Shown: positions 13,033 through 24,515, counted from the first letter of the whole stretch. The stretch is DNA of 63,677 bases, filler included, from Octopus bimaculoides (GCF_001194135.2; 5 parts of 4 records of this genome joined end to end with filler, not necessarily neighbours in it), one strand, 5' to 3'. The notes: generated from the letters alone by a model not told the origin. Numbers and translations: made by a program.

Positions 13033-13180
13033 ATTAGCATTTAAACTTGCCATATCCAGCCCAAATGTTCTGTTTTATATTCAAACCAGCCAAATCTGAC
13101 CTCTTATACTTGTCATTCTACAACTAGAAAATCACATCATTGATATCTCAAAGCTATGATATGAGCCATGATTAATACTG
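13033..13180 (+). mobile_element. Partial copy of the TTAA/piggyBac-like MITE family
   Basis: TTAGCATTTAAAC...ACATCATTGA..TCTCAAAGCTA...CATGATTAAT matches 15049-15242. Confidence 0.6.
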
Positions 13181-13257
13181 TTCTATATTTTAGAGATGAG
13201 GAATTATGTAAATTATAATAATAATAATGATTATTATTATTATTATTATTATTTATT

Positions 13258-13335
13258 CAAGTTACTGCATGGGATTGAATCCGGAATCTTTGGGTTAGTA
13301 GTCCGCATTCTTAACCACTATGCTATATGCCTGTG
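13258..13335 (-). mobile_element. tRNA-like SINE head remnant
   Basis: Reverse strand TAGCATAGTGGTTAAG (A box)...GGATTCAATCC (B box-like); same family as 63570-63625; no intact acceptor stem. Confidence 0.65.
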
Positions 13336-13367
13336 GGCAATTATAGGTTGGGTTCAAAATTCCACCA

Positions 13368-13414
13368 GGACACCTGATGAAGGCTGGAGCGTACATCAGC
13401 CAAAACATTGTGAT
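13368..13414 (+). ncRNA. Decayed minimal type I hammerhead ribozyme (Penelope-type repeat)
   Basis: CTGATGA (13374-13380), stem II GGCTG/CAGCC, then AAAACATT where GAAACGTT is expected (two CpG transitions), stem I CAC/GTG. Confidence 0.55.
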
Positions 13415-13860
13415 GACAACAAACAAGGTAGGGACACCTATCCACCCAATGTAAATAAAGCCATGATTAGTTCAAAACAAGGTGAATAGAAAAACATTAT
13501 GTTTGACAGAGTAATCTGAATGTTAATTTCACCTGTGAAATTCCATTGGCACCAGAGAGAAACAAGCATCAAGTGATTCTGTAGATTACAAAGTTTTACG
13601 AAAGGATATTTCCAGTCCCTATCTAAAATACACAATAGGTTCTACAAATATGTTGATAGAACCTTCAACTTATCCTCCACACCACGCTAGTTTTTAGTTC
13701 CATCCTTCCTGTATTCTGCATACTTAAACCAGTGGAGTTGACTGTGCTTTTTGCCCTTACAAAGACCTGTTTCTATAGAATATTGGAAATGAATGCTATT
13801 CATTTACAACAATCACACGGTGGACAAGGAGACACAAACACTCAAACACAACATATCTGC

Positions 13861-13864
<4 letters not shown>

Positions 13865-13950
<86 letters not shown>
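13865..13950. repeat. (CT)n microsatellite
   Basis: About 43 perfect CT units. Confidence 0.95.
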
Positions 13951-13954
<4 letters not shown>

Positions 13955-14102
13955 GGTTATAGTGGGAGGCACATTCCAAGGTACCGCACATTGGATTGAA
14001 CCCAAAAATATGTGGTTGAGAAGCAGACTTCTTAACCACTCAGCTACACATTCTTATATATTCAACATAGCTGATTATTATTATTATTGTTGTTGCTGTT
14101 AC

Positions 14103-14545
14103 TAGCGAGTTGGCAGAAATGTTAGCATGCTGAGCAAAATGCTTAGTCGCATTTCATCCATGTTTACGTTCTGAGTTCAAATTCTGTTGAGGTTGACTTT
14201 GCCTTTCATCCTTTTGGGGTCAATATAATAAGTACCAATTGATCATTTGGGTCAAGTTAACCACCTTACCTACTCCCCAAAATTTGAAGCCATCACTATT
14301 GCTATTATTATTATTATTATTGTTGTTGTTGTTATGGTGATCTTGCAGAATTGTTAGTAGACCAAGCAAAATGCTTTAGCAGCATTTCCTCTGTTAGACT
14401 CTTGAGTTTCAATTCCACCAAAGTCAACTTTGCCCTTCATCCTTTTGGGGCAGATAAAATGAGTACCAGTCATGCACTGGAGTTGGTTTAATTGACTTAC
14501 CTCCTCCCCCAAAATCTCAGGCTTGTGCCTATAGTAGAAAAAAAT
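14103..14545 (+). mobile_element. Two tandem family A SINEs (14103-14287, 14334-14545), CpG-decayed
   Basis: Both show head, central domain and tail, separated by (TTA/TTG)n. Confidence 0.85.
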
Positions 14546-14849
14546 TATTATTATTATTGTCGTCGTTGTTATCACTTACTAATCTAGTGGACATGACAAT
14601 ATTAGGTTTCCAATGAACAGGTACCAATTCCCAGTTGCAACCCCGAATTCATTTACTGTTAATATTCTTGAGAAAGTTTGCATTTATCTTTAATGCTTAT
14701 CATCTTCCTTTATGAACTTGTGGTCTTGTGCATCTTGAGAAACTTTTCTCACCTGTTCTTATTGAGGAATTTTAATTACATTCTTCTTCTTCTGTTTGAT
14801 TTTCTTTTTCATTTTTGGTGTGAGTGAATAGTGTTAACACCATGTTGAT

Positions 14850-15246
14850 TTAATCTCTTAATATTCAATTTACTCTGCCAAAAGTAATGCTTATTTATTC
14901 ACATTGTTTTGAATTAATCACATGCCGTCTTGTAGAGTTGAGATTCCAATGATGTGATTGTTTATTGTAGGTTAGGTGTGATTGGCCACATCTGGCTGGT
15001 TTGATTATAAAACAGATAGACTATTTGGGCCAAATGTGACTGGTTTAATCCTTTAGCATCTAAAGTGGTCAAATAGCCTACCTGTTTTCTATTCAAACGA
15101 ATGAGATCTTACCTCTCACACCTGCCCTACAATGTCATCCTAAAAATAAACAATCACATTATCAAACTTCAAAGCTACAAAGGCAATGCATGAATAATTG
15201 ACAACAATATGAATTTCACTGAGTAAATTGGATGCTAAAGGGTTAA
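14850..15246. mobile_element. Pair of piggyBac-like MITEs in inverted orientation sharing a TTAA
   Basis: Right unit TTAA|TCCTTTAGCATC...GATGCTAAAGGG|TTAA (15045-15246); left unit is a reverse-complement copy of the same internal sequence. Confidence 0.6.
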
Positions 15247-16202
15247 AGTTACTGAATATCATAAATGATCCAAGAGGATTATTCTATGCAGGTCAAAAGC
15301 ATTTGTTTCTTTTCCCAATTATATTGAAAGTGTTGGATTTATTATTGCATTTAAAATAGAAAAGAATTGTAGTTCGCTTGAAGTGTCATAGTACAGAAAC
15401 AGAATAATAAATGAAATGGGGAAATCTAACAATGCAGAGATGAAAGTTGAAAAACTTATGTTTCGGATGCAAAAGCTCATCTTCAGAAAAATACAGTCAA
15501 ACAAATATGTGTTACATAGATCCTGCTTTTTGGATAGCCAGATGGGCAGTGGACCTGTTTTAGTTAGATGCTTGTACTGTGTTCTTCTTCTGATGATGAT
15601 GATGGATCTTTGCACCTGAAATATGTAAAAGTTCTTCAACTTCCATTTCTGCGTTGTTAGAAGCTTTCCTCATTTCATTTATAATTCTACATTTAAAATA
15701 TTTAACACTTATTTCTTGGTTTTTCATTTACATGTATATTTTTCACTTCTCACTGTTCAACACTTACTTGATATTTAGTTATTTTACAACTGAATGTAAA
15801 ACTTATACTGATGCAAACGTCATCTAATGTTCTTGATTTTAGAAACCTTAAATGGTACACAAAACGGGAATATTTTCTGTGGTGGATTCTACCTCCTAAG
15901 CCCTACTGGTAATTAGCTGAACCTTATCTATAAAAAGCTTCTTAGCTTATTATAGATTGCTTCATATTATTTCTGTGTGTCGTTATAAATTTCTTTATTT
16001 TCAATTGGTTATTTTCATTTGGTTGCTTTGTTGCATTTAAAATTTCATTTGAGCATTGATTTTTTTCTAAGGCTGTTTTTGCATATATTAATTTTCATTT
16101 AAAAATTGAGTTCATTAGTTAGTATTATTCATTTCTGTAATTTATAAAATAGCATCTAACATCTTCAAACCTAGCCTTGCATCTTTTCTGTGTTTTGTGG
16201 AA

Positions 16203-16450
16203 GTTTTTCATCGTGTGTGTGTGTGTGTGTGTGCCTTTGGGTCCATGTTTGTCCGCCACCCACTACTTGATAACCAGTGTTGATGTGTTTACATCCCAAT
16301 GACCTAGCAATTCAGCAAAAAGAACTGATTGAATAAGTACCAAGTTTTAAAAAGAAAAATATATACTGGGGCAATTCGATCGACTAAAAATTCTTCAAGG
16401 CGGTGCCCCAGCATGGCCACAGTCCAGTGACTGACTGAAAGAAGTAAAAC
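16203..16450 (+). mobile_element. SINE family C 3' half
   Basis: (GT)n, then ...GAATAAGTACC...CGACTAAAAATTCTTCAAGGCGGTGCCCCAGCATGGCC.CAGTC... Confidence 0.8.
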
Positions 16451-16813
16451 AATCATGTTCTAAACAAGCTTCTATCACAGAACATTTCAAAAGAACTTCA
16501 TGGCTTTAGTTTTGATGTAAGACCGATATTTTTTGAAATCTTCCCTCTGAAAGTTTTCTCTCCTAGAATACAGTAAAGATATGAGTCTATGTTTGAAGAC
16601 AGCAATAACTTTGGACAAGAGTATGGCAGAATTACCTAATTCTTACATATTGTGAAACCCTGATAGTTTTCTTTTAAACGCAGATGGATTTAAGAAATTA
16701 TTACTGTCTTCGCTTGTTGCTGCTTCACGAAAGTCCTTTTGCAAATATTCACTTTGCATTGGTTTTTGTCAGTTTTTTATTCTGTACAAAATAAATTTAT
16801 ATTAACAACTTAG

Positions 16814-16863
16814 GAAGATCTAGACTTTACAAAAATCTTTGGCAGCAGTTAAAAATGGTAAGG
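16814..16863 (+). CDS. Candidate 50-nt exon
   Basis: Acceptor ...aacaacttag; donor AGG|gtaagt (alternative ATG|gtaagg 6 nt upstream, same phase); only phase 1 is open: GRSRLYKNLWQQLKM(VR), in frame with the phase-0 reading of 11787-11847. Confidence 0.5.
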
Positions 16864-17455
16864 GTAAGTTTACTCAAAGAAGTTATCAATGCTCAACAGC
16901 TTAATGTGTGTTGTCAGCAAATTAATTAGTTAAAAACAAAGCATCTGGCAACTGGCCTAGTTGGACTTTCATTTCTAATCAAATAATATTCAATAAGAGA
17001 TATCTTAGATGACATTTTTAAAAAAGTATTTTGATATTTTAGTTGTGTAAATTGAGATTATGCTGGCTTTGTTCCATGCTTAAAATAGGAAAATGCATAG
17101 CTGGATATATTTCTCTTCCATTCATAAGAATTTCAAATTGATTTTTTTCTTCTTTTTATTTAAAAGAATAACATTTCTAGTTAATAGAAATTTTAATTTT
17201 TTGCTTTTCTATTGAAATTTGAAGTTTAGATTCATTCAACTGTTATTGAAAAAAAAAAAAAAAATTATTGTTTCAAAATTAGAAAAACAGAAAGAAAATG
17301 GAAAACTTGATTCTGTTCGTTTGTTTTTTTTTTCTTTTATTGTAATAATTTTGAATATTAAACTCTACTGGGTGGTATGTTATGTTAGTAAATCCAAAAT
17401 AACTTATGACTTCCTTATAGAGAGATATTTTTCCATAAACCTTTTCACTGTTTAG

Positions 17456-17465
17456 TTATCATTTG
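17456..17465 (+). CDS. Candidate 10-nt microexon
   Basis: aaccttttcactgtttag|TTATCATTTG|gtaagg; phase 0 to 1, which exactly bridges exon 16814-16863 to exon 19273-19334. Confidence 0.4.
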
Positions 17466-19272
17466 GTAAGGAATAAAACAATGTTTTTTCTTAGAACAGT
17501 TTCAAATAAAAATAATAAAAGAATAAAAACCATTTTCCAACTTTGATTTGTGATTTTCCCCAATCATTTAAATATAAATCATTTCTGGATTTTATTTTCT
17601 TTCAAAAGTCTTGAAATCATGTTCAGAAAACATTTTGTTATGGAAATATTTTTGTAATTGATTCTAAGTTTTGTTTTCTTTCTTTTAAATAGATTAACTT
17701 CTAAATTAGATAATCTAGTGTTTTTGCAGATAAGGTATTGATTTTCATCAATATTAGCTTTCTTTAATTNNNNNNNNNNNNNNNNNNNNNNNNNNNNNNN
17801 NNNNNNNNNNNNNNNNNNNNNNNNNNNNNNNNNNNNNNNNNNNNNNNNNNNNNNNNNNNNNNNNNNNNNNNNNNNNNNNNNNNNNNNNNNNNNNNNNNNN
17901 NNNNNNNNNNNNNNNNNNNNNNNNNNNNNNNNNNNNNNNNNNNNNNNNNNNNNNNNNNNNNNNNNNNNNNNNNNNNNNNNNNNNNNNNNNNNNNNNNNNN
18001 NNNNNNNNNNNNNNNNNNNNNNNNNNNNNNNNNNNNNNNNNNNNNNNNNNNNNNNNNNNNNNNNNNNNNNNNNNNNNNNNNNNNNNNNNNNNNNNNNNNN
18101 NNNNNNNNNNNNNNNNNNNNNNNNNNNNNNNNNNNNNNNNNNNNNNNNNNNNNNNNNNNNNNNNNNNNNNNNNNNNNNNNNNNNNNNNNNNNNNNNNNNN
18201 NNNNNNNNNNNNNNNNNNNNNNNNNNNNNNNNNNNNNNNNNNNNNNNNNNNNNNNNNNNNNNNNNNNNNNNNNNNNNNNNNNNNNNNNNNNNNNTATATA
18301 TGTATGTGTATATATATATATATAACTTAAGTTTATTTCTACAAATTTTCTATAGAATTCAGAACCAGTACTGAAAGTTATAATGTTTCTAATATGAATT
18401 TGTCTATATAAACAATTCAATCGAAGATACAAAATAACTAGTGTATATACATATTTCAGGAGTTATTGCTGTTTCATCAGCATCACATCCAACTAACTCA
18501 TCAACTATCCACGCACCCATTGCTTAAATACCCACTAAGTTTAGCTGTGTAACACTACTGGATAGATTAATTTAAAATATTAAACATACACACACACACG
18601 AATTATCTTTCTTAAGGAATTTTTGTTAGGTCTAATGTTTTTATTAAAATTAAGGTGGTAGGGAATTTTTGTACCATTATTGGTATGGTTGCTGCAGTTT
18701 TTGGGAGATATATAAGGGTTCCATGACAAGTTTGGCAATCACTGGGTTAGACTTCATAGAAATCTTAATGACTTACTACAACCATTTTATTGGTTATCTC
18801 ATAAGATTGACTCAGTTACAGTAATATTTATCTTCAGTTTCAAAAAATCACACTATCCTTCATTGTTAGTCGTTATAAATACACTTGCCTGCTGCATACG
18901 ATTTACTGAGATTGTTTTCTTAAAACTATTTTCAATATTTACTTTATTCAGTTCCTTGTTGTATTTAATCTTCACACTTTGTTCTTTTATATGTGTTTAT
19001 GAAAGCCTTTGTCGCATGACTTCAGTTTAAGTCTTAATTTGTTTTACTATTTATTGTATAATTGTTAAATATTATCTAAACTGTAATCATAGCTCCAGTT
19101 ATTTTATTTCAATTTACTGTGAATTTCTTATTTTCATTTATTTATCTGTTTATTTTTTTTGTAAAACGTAATTGCTTTGTCTTTTTGCTTTTGATATTTA
19201 AGCATTTTGACATCATCACAGTAACATCTGCATTTTATTTCATTTCATTGATGTACAAATTTTTTCCTGTAG

Positions 19273-19334
19273 ATCCAGATGTTGATTTGAATAATCATAT
19301 ACCATCGACGTCCACCAATGGTAAACTATGTGAG
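19273..19334 (+). CDS. Candidate 62-nt exon
   Basis: ttttttcctgtag acceptor, GAG|gtaagc donor; only phase 1 is open: DPDVDLNNHIPSTSTNGKLCE. Confidence 0.65.
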
Positions 19335-20285
19335 GTAAGCTCATGTCTGATTAGTTTGCTGATAAATCATCATCATTTAACATCCATTTTCCATGCTGGC
19401 ATGGGTTGGATGGTTTGACAAGGAGCTTGCCAGCCAGAGGGCTGCACCAGACTCCAGTTGTCTGTTTTAGCATGATTTCTACAGCTAGATGTCTGTAGTG
19501 GTCTTTGTAGCTAAATAGTTGAATAATCTCCCTTGCCAGAAGGATTATAGATTAACCCCGCTTTCTAACTTTCTTGAAGCATCTGTGTCATGAGACTTGA
19601 TTCTTAATTATTCAAGAAGCTTAGCATTTCTCTTGGAAATTTCTAGAATGTCTAGTGTTCCAGTAATAAAAACAGCTTGCTAACCCTGCTCTTTGCTTCT
19701 TAGCTGATTGGACTTTGAGCCATTCACGTCATTGCTATGTCTGTCTATTTCTCTATGCCACATGACTGAAAGCCACCACTTAGCTGTTATTTCTATATTT
19801 CCTATCACTGAACTTTCTTGCATAGATTACTTCATTCAACTAGATTCTACATTATGGTTATGCTTCATCGTCGACCAGTAAATAAAATATATTTTTATGT
19901 TGTAAATATATAGGTCTTGAATTTATTCTTCATCTGTATATGAACTCTTGTAATAACATACACACAGCCACATCAACACCTTGTACTGACTATATATAAC
20001 TATTACATGCCCTTCTTAAAGCCAACCCCTTTACAGAGTGTACTGGGTGCATTTTATGTGGCACCAGCACCAGTGCTTTTTATATGGTTCCAGCACAGAC
20101 GCTTTTTACATGATGCCAGCATTAAAAGATAAACTGAAAACCTTTTAACGATTTAGATTTTTTTCAGCGACTAAAAAAGTAAAAGATAAAACCTCTTAAT
20201 ATGATTTATGAATAAATACCAAAAACACACACATCTAAATTTGTTCCTACAACCACAGATATTTCTCTTTTTTATTGCATTCTAC

Positions 20286-20509
20286 TTAACCCTTTCAATA
20301 CCAACCTGGCTGAAATCACCTCTGGCTCTGTAGTACAAATGTCTTATTTTCATAAGTTTTGAATTAAAATCTTCCACCAAACATTAACCACAATTTATGT
20401 TCCTAACACTAGCTTAATGATAACCAAGTTATTTTACTAAATTCTTTGTTATATTTAAAATTAATTGAAAGAAACACAAAGCATCTCAACATGGTAACAA
20501 AAGGGTTAA
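20286..20509. mobile_element. piggyBac-like MITE (216 bp) with TTAA TSD
   Basis: TTAA|CCCTTTCAATACC...GGTAACAAAAGGG|TTAA; imperfect TIRs, TTAA on both sides. Confidence 0.75.
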
Positions 20510-20967
20510 TCAATTACCCTGTTAAATTTTGAATATATAATATCTCCCCTAAAATATGTCTATTTATACAAATAACATAATTTATATTCTATATATTTAT
20601 TAATTTTCATTTATAAAGTGAGTTATGTTGAAAGTACTTGATGTTATGTGTTTTAATTAGGTAAATTGAGGATAGTTGAGAGGAAAGCACTGGATGATAG
20701 GATTAAAGTGGGCTAATAACAGCTGAGACAGTTTAAATTTGTATTAGGAAGAGCGAGTGTGCATTCTTAGTCATAGTAACATTTGATTACATACTAGTCA
20801 CAATGTAATTACTACTCACTTCTATTTAAAGAAGTCATGTTTATTTAGTTTGGTACTTGGCTCTTTTGTATATTGATATACCTGGGAATTATTATATTGA
20901 AATTTCAGGAAGTATACAAAGTGAACTGTAATTTGCGTTTGTACGTAAGCTTTTGGTTAGAGGCTGA

Positions 20968-21362
20968 ATATTATTTTCTACTCTAGGTACAAGGCCTGAA
21001 ATTTGTGGGGATCGGGACCAGTCGATTAGATCGACCCCAGTATGCAACTGGAACTTAATTTATCAACCCCAAAAGGATAAAAGGCAAAGTCAACCTCGGC
21101 AGAATTTGAACTCAGAAAGTAACAGCAGACGAAATACTGCTAAGCATTTCACTCGGCATGCTAACGTTTCTGCCAGTTCACCGCCTTAATTAGGGGTTGA
21201 ATATTAAAGAGTAAATTAAGGTGGCAAACTGACAAAATCATTAGCACATCGTTAATAAAATGTTTAGTAGCATTTTGTACCAGTTGTATACTGGGGGTCA
21301 GTCTAATTGACTTAGCCCCTCCCTAAAATTGCTGGCCTTGTGCCAAAATTTGAAACCAATAT
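20968..21362. mobile_element. Divergent pair of family A SINEs (20968-21188 minus; 21218-21362 plus, internally deleted)
   Basis: Heads lie about 30 bp apart in opposite orientation. Confidence 0.85.
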
Positions 21363-21555
21363 CAAAGAATAAATTGATGTAATCAGATATATATGTTGAA
21401 GAAACTATTTTTTAATAATATTAATGAAGGGCTGTTTAGACTGTTAATTACATGTTACCGTTTTGTAACAGTGACATTGATTTTAATATTTCATTAATTT
21501 CATCCTCTAAAAGCCAGTTAATAAATAGCTTTATATGTTCACCTGTTAACAGCAG

Positions 21556-21774
21556 AAACAGCTGTCATTTAGCACAGACGACTGGATGTTGGATTGGGTT
21601 AAAATGCTTTACTGTATTTTGTTTTGCTCTATGTATAGTTCAGATCTTACTGCAATAAACTTGACCTTTCATCGTGTGAGCTTCATAAAATTAGTCCTAG
21701 TCGAGTTGATTTATTTAACTGTTATAATCCTCTACAAATCTATTGCATTGAAACAACATGAGAAATCAATGTGA
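21556..21774 (+). CDS. Candidate terminal exon
   Basis: Tandem acceptors aacag|cag|aaacag are all in one frame; phase 0 gives KQLSFSTDDWMLDWVKMLY... to TGA at 21774; coincides with the end of the CpG-depleted domain. Confidence 0.4.
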   Translation, partial: KQLSFSTDDWMLDWVKMLYCILFCSMYSSDLTAINLTFHRVSFIKLVLVELIYLTVIILYKSIALKQHEKSM

Positions 21775-22136
21775 ATGATGTATTTTCTTTTTTATCTCCA
21801 AAGTAAATTTACTCTGTATCAAGGGAAAATTTGCAAATATATCTACATCAATAATACTCTTGTGTGCTTCTCTGTCACAACATATGAACGAGAAAGGAAG
21901 GGGTGATAGATGAATAAGGAAGGAAGGGGTGGTGACAAACTGGTAGTGGCAGCGTTTCAACTCTATGTGTATGTATGTGTGTGTGCGTGTACAAGGGAAG
22001 TATGTGAATGTTTGTATGTGTGAACCATCGTTCTTTTGGTAACAAACGATGATTGATGTCACATCTCAAAAGACAACCCCTAGATAATATTGACAAGTGT
22101 ATCGATTTGATTTACCATCCATATTTATATATAAAA

Positions 22137-22236
22137 NNNNNNNNNNNNNNNNNNNNNNNNNNNNNNNNNNNNNNNNNNNNTTAATTAATTAANNNNNNNN
22201 NNNNNNNNNNNNNNNNNNNNNNNNNNNNNNNNNNNN
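22137..22236. other. Artificial scaffold join (44 N + TTAATTAATTAA + 44 N)
   Basis: Six-frame stop linker centred in an exact 100-bp gap; the same construct recurs at 53708, 58592 and 60872. Confidence 0.95.
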
Positions 22237-22893
22237 ATATATATATATATATTTATATATATATATATATATGCATATATATTTACATACATAAGTACAC
22301 ACACACATACACACACAAACATACACGCATACACAATATACTACACACACAAACACGGACTCTCTCAGACATACACACAGATATTGATCAATTCCTAGAT
22401 CAATAATCCAGTAAAATCTGTCTTCCTCATTTGTTTAGATTTCCTTATTGTTAACATTGAGGTGTATTATTTCGTCCGAGACTATATTTGTTCCGATATC
22501 TTTACGTAATTTACCGTTCCAAACCGGAAATAGTCTTTCATACTAGCGTTCAATTGGAGCACATCTTGCTTGTCCTCAGCACCATCTTCTCTCTATTGTT
22601 CTTTGAAGTATACCGTAACAGAAGTGCGCTCTCTCACTCTTCCCTCATCTCTCTCTCTCTGCACATTTTACACTTTGTCTCTCTCTCTTCTCTGTCTTCA
22701 TCGCTCAACATTACATTGTTTTTTTTTCTTCTGCAATTCTTGTTTTATCGTCTGATAAGCAGTGTCACAGTCCCAGATTGATTCGTTTTGTATGTTTTAA
22801 AAATATTTCTTCGTTTCCTGTCTACCTGGTTTACTGCATATTCCATTTCGTACATTTTTCACCACTCAATGCCTTGTGTATTTATCCTTTCTT

Positions 22894-22947
<54 letters not shown>

Positions 22948-23074
22948 AGTCTGTCTGCTTATGTATGTATATATTTTTACATAATACCTGCATACATACA
23001 TAAATACACACACACGCATATATATATACATACACACACGGACACACAAACATATATACATGTATATATTTATC

Positions 23075-23123
<49 letters not shown>

Positions 23124-23616
23124 GAATATACATGAATATATATATATATATATGCAAATACATATGCATGTATGCGTTTATATATGTATGCATATATATA
23201 TTTATCTATGTGTGTGTAAACACACACATATACGTACATATATTTATACACACACACATACAAAGAGAAGGGGAGGAAGCCAATGAGTGAGAGAGGGTAA
23301 GAGAGGGAGAGAGTGAGAGCTGTCTTTCCCTCTCTATATATCTGTGCTTTGTATTTTATTTCTTTCTCGCTCAGTCACTCCCCCTATCTCTCTCTTCCTG
23401 CTCCCCCTTTCTTTATCTCTCTCTACCTACCTGACTGCCACTGATTATTTGTTGCATGTTTCAGGTAATAGCAGGTAAAAATACGCAGATATACCGCTTC
23501 ACTTTGTCAACAGTGTTGGCAGACACCTTTTAAGGTTCTTGACAACCAACGAGATCCCTCTTAATTGCGCTCGAACGGCCGTCGTCACTCAGGATATCAA
23601 TGATTAATAACACAGG

Positions 23617-23617
<1 letters not shown>

Positions 23618-23678
<61 letters not shown>

Positions 23679-23861
23679 AGTGGTGGTGGTGGTGGTGGTG
23701 GTGGTGGTGGTGGAAATGATGACGATAATGATAATAACGATGGTGATTTATTTCTTTACATCTTTATTTATTTTGCATAAATGATTAAGGTGCTCAGATA
23801 GGGGTTAGCCTCTTTAACGCTAACCATTAAGCATGATTCAGTGGGAAGATAGTGCTCACAA

Positions 23862-23895
<34 letters not shown>

Positions 23896-24160
23896 GGTGG
23901 TGAGGATGATGATGATGACAACCATGATGATGATGATGGTAGTGGTGGTGGTGTTGATGATGATCATGGCAGTAATGGTGATGAAGGTGATGATGATGAT
24001 GATGATTATGATGATGATGATTATGATGATAGTGGTGGAGGTAGTAGTCTTGGTGGTGGTAGTAAAAGTGGGGTTGGTGATGTTCGTGACAATGATAGTG
24101 ATGATAACAATGGTGATGATGCTGTTCATGATGACGCGATGTTGTTGATGATGATGGTGA
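23618..24160. repeat. (TAG)n/(TGG)n/(GAT)n trinucleotide microsatellite field
   Basis: Mosaic of trinucleotide runs; source of the spurious poly-His/Asp/Met ORFs. Confidence 0.95.
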
Positions 24161-24297
24161 TAGTAACTTTAACCCCTTCCCCATTAAACACACAAAAACG
24201 GTTGCATGTACCTATGATAACTGGAATGGAGTAACATAACGCAAAACAATTTTGTAATATGAGCGATGAAAGTAAAAATAATATCAATAATGATAAC

Positions 24298-24515
24298 AAA
24301 GCGGCGAGCTGGCAGAAACGTTAGCACGCCAGGCGAAATGGTTAGCGGTATTTCGTCTGTCGTTAAGTTCTGAGTTCAAATTTCACCGAGGTCGACTTTG
24401 GCTTTCATCCTTTCGGGGTCGATAAATTAAGTACCAGTTGCGTACTGGTGGTCGATCTAATCGACTTGTCCCCTCCCCCAAAATTTCGGGGCCTTGTGCC
24501 TAGAATAGTAAAGAA
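24298..24515 (+). mobile_element. Family A SINE, full length, CpG-intact
   Basis: GGCGAGCTGGCAGAAACGTTAGC...GTTCAAATTTC...GTCGACTTTGGCTTTCATCCTTTCGGGGTCGATAAATTAAGTACCAG...CCTAGAATAG-(TAA)n. Confidence 0.92.

Noticed and set aside
17693-17734. 42-nt exon with strong polypyrimidine tract
   Set aside because: Open only in phase 2, incompatible with the neighbouring candidates; may still be a poison or alternative exon.
23768-24234. Poly-His, poly-Asp/Gly and poly-Met/Val ORFs
   Set aside because: Open in four frames because trinucleotide repeats lack stops; no splice or homology evidence.
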